DNA of 64,000 nucleotides from NCBI RefSeq assembly GCF_026210795.1, contig NC_089430.1:186001-250000 (forward strand), written 5' to 3'. Source of the stretch: Rhizophagus irregularis. Taxonomy: Eukaryota. Below are positions 51,766 through 64,000 of the stretch, one piece after another (within the stretch, counting starts at the first letter, position 1; the number at the start of each line of letters is the position of its first letter). Made by a program: the position numbers and the translations under genes. The notes below the pieces were generated by a model. The model saw only the letters and a list, made by a program, of their open reading frames with translations. It did not search any database and was not told the DNA's origin.

Positions 51766-51964
51766 TTTATAAAAATGATTTATAATTAAGTTTTGAATTT
51801 AGTATTATCAATCGGACTTTGAACTTAAAAATTAAACAGTATTAACAAAAATTCTTGTGAATTTTTTAATAATTGTGATTTTACATCAGTGAGTTTTAGG
51901 GTAGTACATATTAGCAGATACTAGTATTGTTTGATGCTTTAAAGTGTAGAAAAACTTACTCTAT

Positions 51965-53907
51965 CACACGTCAAATAAATAAAAATTGGCTGATTTTTAG
52001 CTATATTTGTCCGATTTGTGACTTTTTACAGCCGTATTACCAATTCTTAACCACATTTTTCAGTTTTTTCACTATACAAAAAAATTGTATATACATTATG
52101 AAATATATATTTTTATAAAAAATTATATTGTAATATTGAATTAAAATTTAAAAAATATTTTATTAAGCAATATTAAATAAAAAACTAATCTTAAATAATT
52201 AAATTTTAAACAAAATACATTAAGAATATAAATTTACTTGTAATTTAATGTAATACGCACAATTATAAAAAATTAATAACTCCACAAATATTAACTGTGC
52301 CTTCATTAAAATAAATATTCAAGTAGATTCTAAGCTGCTGAACAATTTTTAATTAATAAAAGAAGTCGATTTACTTTGGCTAAAGTGCTTAAAATACGCT
52401 CTGAAGTAACAAAATGGAAAAAATAAAATTCGTAAATGAGTACCGTTGTGAAAATCGTGAATAACTCCACAAATATTAACTGTACCTTCGTAAAAATTAA
52501 TATCCAAGTAGATTTTGACCTGCTGAACAACTTTCAATTAATAAAAGAAGTCGATTTACTTTGACTAAAGTGCTCAAAATACGCTCTGAAGTGACAAAAC
52601 GGAAAAAAATAAAATTCGTAAATGAGTACTGTTGTGAAAATCGTGAATAACTCATCAAGTATTAACTGTACCTTCGTAAAAATTAATATCCAAGTAGATT
52701 TTGACATGCTAAACAACTTTCAATTAATAAAAGAAGTCGATTTACTTTGACTAAAGTGCTCAAAATACGCTCTGAAGTGACAAAACGGAAAAAAATAAAA
52801 TTCGTAAATGAGTACTGTTGTGAAAATCGTGAATAACTCATCAAGTATTAACTGTACCTTCGTGAAAATTAATATTCAAGTAGATTTTGACATGCTAAAC
52901 AACTTTCAATTAATATAAGAAGTTGGTTTACTTTGGATAAAGTGCTCAAAATACGCTCTGAAGTGACAAAATGAAAAAAATAAAAGTCGGGAATGAGTAC
53001 TGTTGTGAAAATTGTAAATAACTCATCAAGTATTAACTGTACCTTCGTGAAAATTAATATCCAAGTAGATTTTAACCTGCCGAACAACTTACAATTAATA
53101 TAAGAAGTTGATTTACTTTGGCTAAAGATCTCAAAATACGCTCTGAAGTGACAAAATGAAAAAAATAAAAGTCGTGAATGAGTACTGTTGTGAAAATTGT
53201 AAATAACTCATCAAGTATTAACTGTACCTTCGTGAAAATTAATATCCAAGTAGATTTTAACCTGCCGAACAACTTACAATTAATATAAGAAGTTGATTTA
53301 CTTTGGCTAAAGATCTCAAAATAAGCTCTGAAGGTAAAAAAATTTGTAACTTAATACTACTGTATAATATAAAAAATGTAAATAATTCCAAAAATATTAA
53401 CTGTACTTTTATGATCTTAACAGTTTTAAACTTACTAAACTACTTTTAATTAAAAGAATAAGATTTACTTCAGCCAAAATGCTCAAACCATACTTTGAAA
53501 TATATGTAAAAAAAATATAATATTTGTTTATATTTTAAATTATGAGTTATTTAATTTAAATGTATTTATATTTAAGAAAAAAAATATTTTAATTCTATTT
53601 TATAAAGTATTTAAAAAGTATTTTAGTAAAGTTTTTAAGGCAAAAAAATAATTATAACTGAAATAAAAAAAAAATCTAAGTTAATAAATAAATATTAAAC
53701 CGTAATACATAATCACATGTTATATATTAAAATCGAAAAATCCTATTACAAATAACCAAAATCGGCAATTTCATGTTAAAAATCAGAAATATTATATTAA
53801 AATCAGAAATATTTATTAAAATCGGAAATATTATATTAAAATTGCCAAAAAATCAGACAGCCATATTAAAAAGGGCAAAAATCTGATTTTTATTTATTTG
53901 ACCTGTG
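51965..53907. mobile_element. Nested CACA(C/G)GTC-terminated non-autonomous element
   Basis: 22-bp TIR CACA(C/G)GTCAAATAAATAAAAAT; TAT on both flanks. Confidence 0.8.
52270..53480. repeat. About 186-bp tandem repeat, about 6 copies
   Basis: TAT(C/T)CAAGTAGATTTT at 52501, 52687, 52873, 53058 and further copies. Confidence 0.92.
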
Positions 53908-54516
53908 TATATCTGTAGAAAATACGTTATAAACGTATAAATTTTAATATACTGTAGAATAATACGTATACCGTATCCTTTATTTACAATATTTTTGTGA
54001 ACCGTATACAAAATACTGATATACAGTAGAAATGATATACGTTATAGACGTATGAATTTAATATAGTATCACACAGTATGTTTACCGTATACTTTATTGT
54101 ATTTTTTACTAAGCACATTTTGCGAACAGTATACATTATACTGATATGCCATATGTAAAAATGCAAACTGTATCAAAAATACGTATATACAGTATAAAAA
54201 CTGTATACATATTTTTTATAGGGAATGGCCTTCTAAAACATACACTCTTACATTCCAAGAAGTTAAAAAAATAAAAGATCATTTATGTGTAATAGATGAT
54301 CGTGCATCAGAAATGCGATTAAATGTATGTATTAGTATTATTTTATTTTATGTTATTTTATTTTCAATTTCGCGATAGTATACTTTTAATGTGATAGTTA
54401 TTGATGATCACTTTCCAAATAAATGTACTTTTTCACTTAATTTGGTATTTGTTGTGTGATCTTCAAGTATTTTTTCAGAAATTTGGAAGTGTGCAACGTG
54501 AACTTTAGAGTTCAAA

Positions 54517-57500
54517 TTTATATATATATAATATGCATATGCATATGCATATTCGCAATTTCAATAATAATACATTATTTAATGCTAATATTTCAAAAAA
54601 TATTGCTATATGCAAATATTGCTTCTTTTGACATTATTAGAATAAAATCATAAATTGGACACTTCTGTAATACTCTTATTGCTTGTTAAGTTTAATTATC
54701 AAATAATAAACTTTTGTAAAAAAAAAATTTTGTTGATCATCTTTTTTCTTTGATCATCGTCAAAGAGATAAATAAAAAAAAATTAAAAAAAAATTAAAAA
54801 ATGAAAAAACAATTAAATTTAGAGTAAATTTATTCATCGCACGTGCGATGCATCGCCACTTTCCTTTTTTGTAAATTATTTATGTTGATCAACCTGCTTA
54901 TACATCGCCACCCCCCTTAAAATGGCAATGATAAACATAAAAATTTGCATCGCACGTGCGATAAATAAATTATTTCTTAAATTTAATTAACATTTAATTA
55001 AATAATGAAGTTTTTACTAAAATTTATTAAATAAAAATAATATATTGTTTAATTATTTTATCCATTACAATATAATTTTTATATTAAAAAATTAAACCAA
55101 TAATACTAGTGCGTTGATCATTTCAATGATCAAAACATTGAATAATAAAAAAGCTCTGAACAGTTCCAATTTTCAATTCTTTTTTAATTGGTCAGAATCA
55201 TTTTCACGTAATAACTCACCATCCAGTGATCGTAGAAAGACGATTAAGAGCTCATTAGAATCCTCTTATTGAGAGCTTTCAAATGATGCCAAAATCATCA
55301 TTTTAGCATCGATAGATGGCGAGTTATTTTGACACATTATCAAAAAAAATAAAAATTAGAACCATTTGGCCAGGAGCTTTAAACAATACGCAAAATAATA
55401 TTATGTACTGATTATTGACATTTACTGAACATTATTCACTCAAGAATTGCTCATTGTATTGTTCAATGCTATATTATTTTTTGTAGAATTATTTTACTTT
55501 TTATTCAATACTTATCAATTTTTAAACTTTACAAAAAATTTAATACATATTTAATCAAAGGTCATCTAATTTAACTTCAAGAAACTTTCAGTTAGTAAAG
55601 TTAACCCAAAATTAAATTTTTCATAAAATTTTATCCATTTAACTTTTATAAACCTAAATTAAATATGTGTTATATGTTCAGATAATCCAAATTTATCAGA
55701 AAATAAAAAAATTTTTTTTATTATATTCAAAAACAAAGATAATAACCAATTCTTTTTTTCAATCACTTTTCAATCACTTTATTGTTAAAAAAAATTAATA
55801 AATATATAAAGTGGTTATTTTAAACAGTAAGTAAAAAAAAATTATTATTCATAAGTAAAAATTATTTTTTATTTGTTTTAACTTCAGTTCCCTACTTTTT
55901 TTTATATAAAATATTAAAAATATAAGCTATAATATAAGATTTTTTATTTTTTTTAAGTTAATAAGATTCTAAAATTTTTTTTTGATAAGAAATGATAACT
56001 TTATGTCAGTTTATGCAATTAACAAGTTCATTAATATCTTGGCATTCACATATGCTAATCAAATAATTTTAAACTCATTTGAAAGGTAAGAATGTACTTT
56101 ATTTTAGCATTACTAGGCATGGTGATATCAACAATCAAAGATAAAAATTAAAAAAAAAATATATTGAATGAATTTGCTCAGCAACCAGTGAATCAATTCA
56201 TTTGTTTTTGGATTCATTAGATAGGTCTTAATTTTCTCTTTTGGATGAATATAAATTCATCCATTTATCTTACATAGACATCAAGTTATTTGCAATTTTG
56301 TTCCAAGAATTTTATAATGATTATTTAAATTTTAATAATGGTGTATTAAAAAAAATATGATTAACAATTTTATTCATAAATTATTATTTTGTGCAACTGG
56401 TAATTTGGTAAAGTTTGTTTTTTAGAGTCAAAAAGTGCTAATTCCAAAAATTGGCATATATGAACAAATGATATGCTTGGGGACGAAGTCCCTCTTATTT
56501 AAGAAATAAATAAAGTTAAAAAAATTAAAAACGTATAGATGATCATGCAGATCTTGTGATAATCAATTAAAAAAGTGTTAGACGAAATTTTTTTTCAAAA
56601 ATTTAAAATTTTTTCTTTTTTTATAAAAACATCATAAAATTTTTTTTACATTTTTTTCTATTTGTAAGATTAAATATTTGGATATTACATAATTACAAAT
56701 TAAAATTATAAGTGTATTTCTTTTAAAAAATACTGTGATATTTCATAAAAAATATTTTTTTTTACTATTTTTATTTTTAAACTACTTGAATTTATAATTA
56801 ATGAAAGAATTAATTTAAAATTCATGTTATTTCAAATTTTTGTCAACTCAGTTCTTAATTTTTATATTACATTTTTTTTTATATAAAATTTTTTTAAATT
56901 AAACTTATTTTTCCAAACACACTATAATCTCCACTTTGGACAAATGAAATCAACTTTATTTATTAATTGAAAGTTGTCCAGGCGGGTTAAAAGCACTTGA
57001 ATATTAATTTTCATGAATGTAGATGTAGTGCATAGAGAAGATTGCATTTTTCTTGATGATATTAACTCTCTTTTCTGTTTTTTTTTAATTTAGAGCGTAA
57101 TATCTCCACTTTAGACAAATGAAATCAACTTCATTTATTAATTGAAAGTTGTTCAGGCGGGTTGATTCTACTTGAATATTAATTTTCACGAACATAGGTG
57201 TAGTGCATAGAGAAGATTGCATTTTTCTTGATGATATTAACTCTCTTTTCTGTTTTTTTTTTAATTTAGAGCGTAATATCTCCACTTTGGACAAATAAAA
57301 TCAACTTCATTTATTAATTGAAAGTTGTTCGGGTGGGTTGATTCTACTTGAATATTAATTTTCATGAATATAAGTGTAGTGCGTAGAGAAGATTGCATTT
57401 TTCTTGATGATATTAACTCTCTATCTTTTCTGTTTTTTTAATTTAGAGCGTAATATATCCACTTTGGACAAATGAAATCAACTTTATTTATTAATTGAAT

Positions 57501-58458
57501 GTTGTTCAGGTGGGTTGATTCTACTTGAATATTAATTTTCATGAATGTAGGTGTAGTGCATAGAGAAGATTGCATTTTTCTTGATGATATTAACTCTCTT
57601 TTCTGTTTTTTTTTTAATTTAGAGTGTAATATCTCCACTTTGGACAAATAAAATCAACTTCATTTATTAATTGAAAGTTGTTCGGGTGGGTTGAAACCAC
57701 TTGAATATTAATTTTCATGAATGTAGGTGTAGTGCTTAAAGAAAATTGCATTTTTCTTAATGATATTCTGTTTTTTTAATTTAGAGCATAATATATCTAC
57801 TTTGGACAAATGAAATCAACTTCATTTATTAATTGAATGTTGTTCAGGCGGGTTGATTCTACTTGAATATTAATTTTTATAAGATTTCGTTTTTTTGTAG
57901 CTGTATTAACTTTAAAACACTTATTACAACTTACATCATTATTTTAAATCATAGGAATTAATTTATATTATTGGCTAATTATAATCACATTGATACTAAG
58001 GATTTTTTTTTATTTTTATATTTGATTTAATAATTTAATAAAATATTATTAAAATCAAATTCATATAAATGCAACTAATATTAATAATTGTAATTTAAGT
58101 AGTAAATTCATTAACCAAATCATGTAAATTCTATGCTTAAAGTATGTAATTTCTGTGATCAAATCAATATAAATTCAGCATAAATTATGGTTAAATCATG
58201 CAAATGATGCATTTTGTAATATGGAATTGTGCATTTTCTGTATTCCTATATAGATTAGAAATATTATTTTTAAGAAAAAATTGTATAAAACCTTATTAAA
58301 AACATGATTTTTTATAGGATCTAATTATAATAAATTTTATTATTCAGTAATATTTTAGTGATTTTACATACAATTCAATTTATTTATATCAAAGAATTTT
58401 TTTAATTATAAATGTTATATTTGGGGGACGAAGTCCCCCGGCAAATCGCATATTCTAG
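54517..58458 (+). mobile_element. Non-autonomous Helitron-like element in a transposase intron
   Basis: 3' hairpin GGGGGAC-GAA-GTCCCCC (58423-58439) then CTAG and a flanking T; candidate 5' end A|TTTATATATATATAATATGC (TC decayed to TT, inferred); internal hairpin copy near 56480. Confidence 0.7.
56925..57880. repeat. About 176-bp tandem repeat, about 5.5 copies
   Basis: CCACTTTGGACAAAT-like motif at 56931, 57106, 57282, 57459, 57635, 57797. Confidence 0.92.
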
Positions 58459-59559
58459 TTTAAAATTAAATATTGACTAATATTTACATTTTTTACATTT
58501 TTTAGGATTTTGAAACCAATGGAACAAAATTTGGTCGTTTAATAACTTCCGATGGTCGAGTAATTGGGTCAGAATGGATACGTAGAAATAAAGACTGGGC
58601 ATGAATTAATTACACTGTTTTGGTTAGTATTTAATGCAATATAATCATTTATTAATTTTGTAAATTAATTTTGTAAGTTTTATTTAATAATTTTCATTTT
58701 AGACCCGTTTAGAAATTGACAAATGGGCTCACTTACCAAGTGCAATCCCAGAATTCGTAATTAAATCATTTTACGCTCAGGTTAATTATTTTTTTTTATA
58801 CGGATATATGGATCAGAAAATAATGCTAGCGAACGTAACATGGACAAATGAAGTTAATGTAGATTCATTAGGTACAACTTCCTTTGTAGGTGATAGTTCT
58901 ACACAATTTATTGATGTTACTGCAATCAATAGATGTGTAGGTTTTATGAAATTGGGACGTAAAACATATATTATTGATAAGGAATGTATGGAAGAATAGA
59001 AATAAATAATTTAATTAAAAATTGTCAAATAATCTGAAATTGTATTACGCGCGATGTGTATGTCGGATTTCTTAAATAAAACTTTCTTAAATAAAACTTT
59101 CTTAAATAAAACTGTAGGGATATTATACGTAATTTCAATCTAATAAAATTAGAAATAAACGTCTGCCTTACTTACCGTTAAAATCTGAATAAGTATTTGC
59201 AATAGTTCTCAAATAAGTATAGAATTCTTTACCGATATCTGGACTAACAACAGACGTATTTATTATAACAGACTGCATAGACGACGTATTGTAATGTATT
59301 ATAATAACGTTTATAAATAAAATTGTTTATAGTTAAATATAACAATTAGGCAGGCATTCATTTGGCCAATTTAGCCTTTATAATAAAAATCGCGTTAATA
59401 TTATAGCAATGATAATAATATAAAAATTTTTTTTATTAGAATGAATAATATTAATTAATTAATTATTAAAACGTTAATATATACTAAGCAATAAGCAATA
59501 ATTATAATAATATGAAATTAATTAATTAACATCAAGCCTCGCAATTTAATTAACATTAA

Positions 59560-60390
59560 TTAATCATCATCGATTTCCCAAATTGCGAGGCTTGCGAGGC
59601 TTGATTGAAAACCTCCTTCTTCTTCCTCAAATATTTGAACCACTTCCTGTTCCTGATCCTGCTGCTGCTGTTGCTGTTGCCTTTGTTGATCCTGCTGTTG
59701 CTGTTGCTGTTGCCTTTGTAATTTTTGATCCTGATCCTCCTGATTCTGATCTTGATCCTGCTGCTGTTGTTGTTGGCTAAGTAATTTTTTTTGATCCTGA
59801 TCTTGATCCTGATTCTGATCCCGATCCCGATCCCGATACTGCCGATTCTGATCCCGCTGCTGTTGCTGTTGTTGTGTTTGTGACTGTTGCCGTTGCAATT
59901 GTGTTTGTGACCGTTGGAATTGCAATCCTAAAAATATTATTTAGAATTTAATATTATTTAGAATTTAAAAAAGAAATTAAAACACTTTACAAGATGATTC
60001 AAAAGTTAATACTTGGTTTTTTCCAAAACTTATTTCTGAATTCTAAATAATATCTTTCTCCGTTTCTTGTTATTTTTCCCCTCGGATCCTTAATAATAGA
60101 TAATTCCATACTCTAAAGATTATAAATTAGTATATTAGCCTACATTTGAAGAGATAATGACAATATTGTATAATATTATATTGAATATTTACCCGACAAT
60201 CCTTTACAATACCATGGAATTTTTCGCTCGCTTGACGTCCTGTATAAACTGTTTTGAATCTTTGGTTGATTTTTCCAGCAGTTGAGATCCACCAAGCTCA
60301 CTTGCAATTACCACCGCCAAGCGAGTGGTAATGTGCATTACCTTCTTTCCTTTCATCGATGAGCATTCTTACTTTGTCGTCAGTCCACAT
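59560..60390 (-). pseudogene. Myb/SANT-like (trihelix/MADF-type) DNA-binding protein with Gln-rich tail; premature stop
   Basis: MWTDDKVRMLIDERK...K*AWWISTAGKINQRF...TGRQASEKFHGIVKD; GT-AG introns; Q/D-rich last exon 59560-59927. Confidence 0.7.
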
Positions 60391-60659
60391 AATGTTAATT
60401 GAAATTGAAATATTTTTTTTTTTGAAGAAAAAAAATTTTGAATTAATTTTTTTTAAAAAAAAAATGTAAAATGGAAACGAATGAATTTGATTTAATTTTT
60501 TTTTTCATAAATTAAATAATACTTACGTTTTAATGATGTAATAAATATCAATAAATTAAAAAAAGTCTAATAAATAATATTACTTATTAATGATGTAATG
60601 AATTACTACGCTGATTGATCAAATTGAATTACTTATGTTTATGTGTAATTCTGCAATTT

Positions 60660-60780
60660 TACCCGCGACTCACCCGTGACTCACCCGCAATAATATAATA
60701 CTTATAATATACTGAACACCGCGACTCACCCGCGACTCACCCGCGACTCACCCGTGACTCACCTGTAACTCACTCGCAAC
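60660..60780. repeat. (CGCGACTCACC)n short repeats
   Basis: About 7 copies of an 11-mer in two clusters between the two divergent cargo genes. Confidence 0.85.
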
Positions 60781-61587
60781 ATTACTAAACACTTTATAAC
60801 CATCTTTCTATAAAAAAAATTACACAAATTTGAACCTTTTTATCAATTGAAAAAAAGAATTTAATCACTTATTACTTTATCAACAGCGGCCTCAATTTCG
60901 AATGGTATGTGATTACAAAATGATGATCTAATACTCAACAGCGGCCACCTCAATTCAAATATATTCGAATGGTATGTGATAACAAAATGATGAATTTACC
61001 TTAAGTGCTCGCTAGACGTTTCAATGATTTTGGTTTAGTTTTTAACAAAATGTAATACTTCATAACTAAATGTACAAGCATTTGACCTGACCACTGGTCT
61101 ACCATTATTTTTTTGCGTCATTGATTTTTTAAATGCGCCATTTATTATTTTTGCGCTACTATTTATTTCACAATTGGATTTCTTATATGACCGATATGCA
61201 AAATTGCATGTGATATTTTAATAAACGTTTTGCACTATATGTGTATTCTGCAGTTAGCCCATTATTTTATTTATATAGTTAAATTTATAATACTAGATTA
61301 TTAATTATTACACCAAAATTCTAAAAAATACTACGTATATATATATAATGGAATATTCCCTAATTTAGAAATTTACCATGATTTTAAAATTTTTTCCGTA
61401 CAAAAAAAATTTTTTTTCCATGATTTTTTACTAAAAAAAAAAATTCTCCTAATTCCATGATTTTTAATTTTTTTTTACCTCCTTATAAAAAAAAAAAATA
61501 AATAAAATGGATTTTATTTCAAGTCTCTCACCTTTCTCGCGTCTCTCACCTTCTTCGTATCTCTTACCTCGCTTCTAATTCTAAAAA

Positions 61588-61602
61588 ATGAATACCAATA
61601 AT

Positions 61603-61633
<31 letters not shown>

Positions 61634-62421
61634 TTCTATTTGCTTATCAAACAACAATGCAGGAGTTTAAAGAAGGAACTAACTCTATTCATAAAACGAC
61701 GCTTAACGCGCTTATTAATAACTTGCAGTAAGTAAAATAATTAATAAAAGAAATAAATAAAGTAAAAAAATAGATAAATAAATAAATAAATAAAAGAAAA
61801 ATCTTTAATTATAATCTTATAATCTTAAAATACATTTTTTGTTTTTTGACGACTTGTAATAAACAGACCACCAGTATTTGGAAGTGGGAAAACTTCTACG
61901 TTTAGTTCGTTCGGAGTACCTTCGTTTGGAGCACCCTCGTTCGGAGTGCCTTCGTTTGGAGCACCCTCGTTCGGAGTACCTTCGCCTTCGTTTGGAACAC
62001 CCTCGTTCGGAGTACCCTCGTTCGGAGTACCTTCGTTCGGAGTATCCTCGTTCGGAATTGGTAATAAAATTAATAAAATTTGTTTTTTTATATATATATA
62101 TATTTAACAACTTTAAAACAACTTCTATTATATTATTATAGCTGCGGCAAGAGCAGCAACAATAGCAGCAACGACCACAGCAGTAACAAATGTACCAACA
62201 CCAATAACAACCGCACCAACAACAACAAGTGCACTAATATTAGCTGCACAAACACTACCAACCGCATCAACAACCGCATCAACAACATCACCAATACCAA
62301 CCGCATTAACAACTACTGCTGCATCAACCGCAACAACAGCAGCTATTGCAACAACAACAATAGCAGCAGCAACAACAACATATCACCAGTCTCCATCAAT
62401 TCCATCATACTGGCCTTCTTT

Positions 62422-62476
<55 letters not shown>

Positions 62477-62534
62477 CAAAAGCAGCAATAGCAACAGCAA
62501 CAGCAACAGCAGCAATAGCAACAGCAACAGTGAG

Positions 62535-62579
<45 letters not shown>

Positions 62580-62923
62580 CAAAAGCAGCAACAGCAAAAG
62601 TAGCAACAGCAGCAATCACAGCAATCGCAGAAACGGCAACGGCAGCAACAACGTCAACAGCGCCGACAGCGCGAATGTTTTGAATCAACGGGTAATAGAA
62701 TTTATTAATTTAATGTAAAAGTAAATTTTATAAATTATTTAATAATAAAATTTTTAAATTAATAAAAATAGGAGCTGTTTGCTATTATTGTAATGATAAT
62801 CATTACATCTTCGCTTGTACTAAAATACCGAAAGAGTATAAAGGCCATTGCGTTAATTGCTGGGCGGACGATCATATGGTTATGAGTTGTAATAATGTTA
62901 AAATAAAAGAGCCTTGGCTCTAA
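61588..62923 (+). pseudogene. Low-complexity protein: poly-N, PSFG repeats, Thr/Ala tract, poly-Q, two C-terminal zinc knuckles
   Basis: Exon about 61865-62060 reads FGVPSFGAPSFG repeats; last exon 62773-62923 gives CYYCNDNHYIFAC and CVNCWADDHMVMSC; TAG/TGA codons interrupt the poly-Q frame. Confidence 0.65.
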
Positions 62924-63239
62924 AAATTTTTTATATTTTGTGGGTAAAATTTTTTTAGTACTAATGGCTTAGAATTTAAACTAATTTACAAAATTTTTTT
63001 TTCAGTTTTTAGTATCTGGAATCGATTAGTATCTGAATATCTGGGTTGGTTGGTTTTAAAAAAAAAATTTTTTTAATATAATTTTGTAAGTAAAAATTTA
63101 AAATAATTAGTTATTTTTTTAAATTTAAAAAACTAATATTTTTAATTTTTTAACTCCTTTTTTTCTCCTTTTTTTTTAATCTTTTTTAATTTTAGGTTAG
63201 ACTAAAAAGAATTATTTTTTTTTTTTTTTTTGAATTATG

Positions 63240-63400
63240 CTATGCTCGAACTATTTTTCGGGATTAATAAAAAATATTCGATTGGGGTCGAACTATTTTA
63301 CCGATTGGGGTCGGATTAATCTTGAAAAATGTTCGATTATATTATCCGATTGGGGTCGGATTAATATTTTAAAAAATGTTCGATTGGGGTCGAACTAATA
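63240..63400. repeat. CGATTGGGGTCG(A/G)A short repeats
   Basis: Four full copies plus partials; resemble transposon subterminal repeats. Confidence 0.75.
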
Positions 63401-64000
63401 ATAAAAAAAAAATTTTTCTTTATAAAATTATATATTTATTTTCATATATATTATTTTTAATATTTTTTATTTATTAATATTATACAATTAATACTAATTT
63501 TTTTGTCAGATGTATTAAATTAATTCGCAATTCGTAAAAAAAGTAATAAATGAAAAGATTTACATTAATTTTATATAATGATCGGTTAATAGTGATAATA
63601 AAATGTGTTAATACTAAGAATCAAATGCGTTAATACAAAGAATCTCTAACCGTTTTAAATCTAAACATGAATAAACGACCCATAAAATTCGTTTCTGTTA
63701 GCCAAATAATATGTAAATTATAAGATGTAACTTCAATTTGTATTAGACCACTTGCAATATTAATCCCGTCAATTACTAAATTTCTTGTTGTAATACAAGA
63801 TGTCTTTGCAGATTCTGTAAAAATTTTTCTTTATTGATTTTTTAGGACCCAGAAATATATATATAGGGGTCAGGTGGCGTAATGTGAAAAAATAGAATTT
63901 ACAATAGAATTTACTATTTTTTCAATAATATTTTTCTAAAATTTCACTTTTTAATCCTTAGAAATTTCTTCAATTAATACTAATTAAATAAGTACGTACA

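Larger units (their letters stand above)
48615..54223. mobile_element. Non-autonomous CCCTA-terminated CACTA-like element
   Basis: TIR CCCTATAAAAAATAT(A/G)TATACAGTT; 3-bp duplication AAT; removal restores transposase codons CAA TGG CCT. Confidence 0.9.
41563..58999 (+). pseudogene. CACTA-type transposase (Transposase_21-like) interrupted by three insertions
   Basis: N-terminal CICSKC..H segment 41563-41718 continues in frame at 45927; core motifs CINSCCAF, DGYQLFKQK, GPKAPKN, GDTPG, CRYC, IDIMHL, KAEEW, WQFPMER; frame resumes at 54227 (FQ|WPSKTY) and 58506; ends RCVGF...EE* at 58999; one internal TGA near 58602. Confidence 0.88.
36981..64000 (+). mobile_element. Large CACTA/EnSpm-type element (right end not identified)
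   Basis: CCCTATGAAAAAA left terminus of the same type as nested CCCTA elements; subterminal GCCGAATTTTAGGAATTATT repeats 37160-37470; Transposase_21-type gene and accessory genes downstream. Extent is inferred. Confidence 0.55.

Noticed and set aside
52330..57647. Repeated short ORFs in the two satellites
   Set aside because: By-products of tandem repeats with inconsistent frames and mostly non-ATG starts.

Overview
Very AT-rich eukaryotic (fungal) genomic DNA with short GT-AG introns. The expanded TKL-type kinase and kinase+Sel1 genes and the transposon content point to a Glomeromycota arbuscular mycorrhizal fungus such as Rhizophagus (inference). Bases 1-18 kb hold many MITEs and a three-level nest (Harbinger-type MITE > hAT-type MITE > full-length degenerate LINE) inside an EED/ESC-like WD40 relic. 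Bases 20-33 kb hold three intact-looking genes: an active TKL kinase, a head-to-head MLKL-like (helical N-terminus + pseudokinase + Sel1) gene, and a kinase-Sel1 gene. From about 37 kb a large CACTA-type element truncates a patatin gene; its transposase can be rebuilt across three later insertions. The first insertion (41719-45923, CACAGGTC termini, GAT target duplication) carries the most unusual object: a minus-strand tandem array of 11 complete, similar 81-94 nt spliceosomal-type introns separated by short, apparently non-coding exons. Each intron folds into two hairpins covering the 5' splice site and the branch point, and these hairpins show compensatory substitutions. Exon/intron boundaries were read by eye and coordinates may be off by a few bases.
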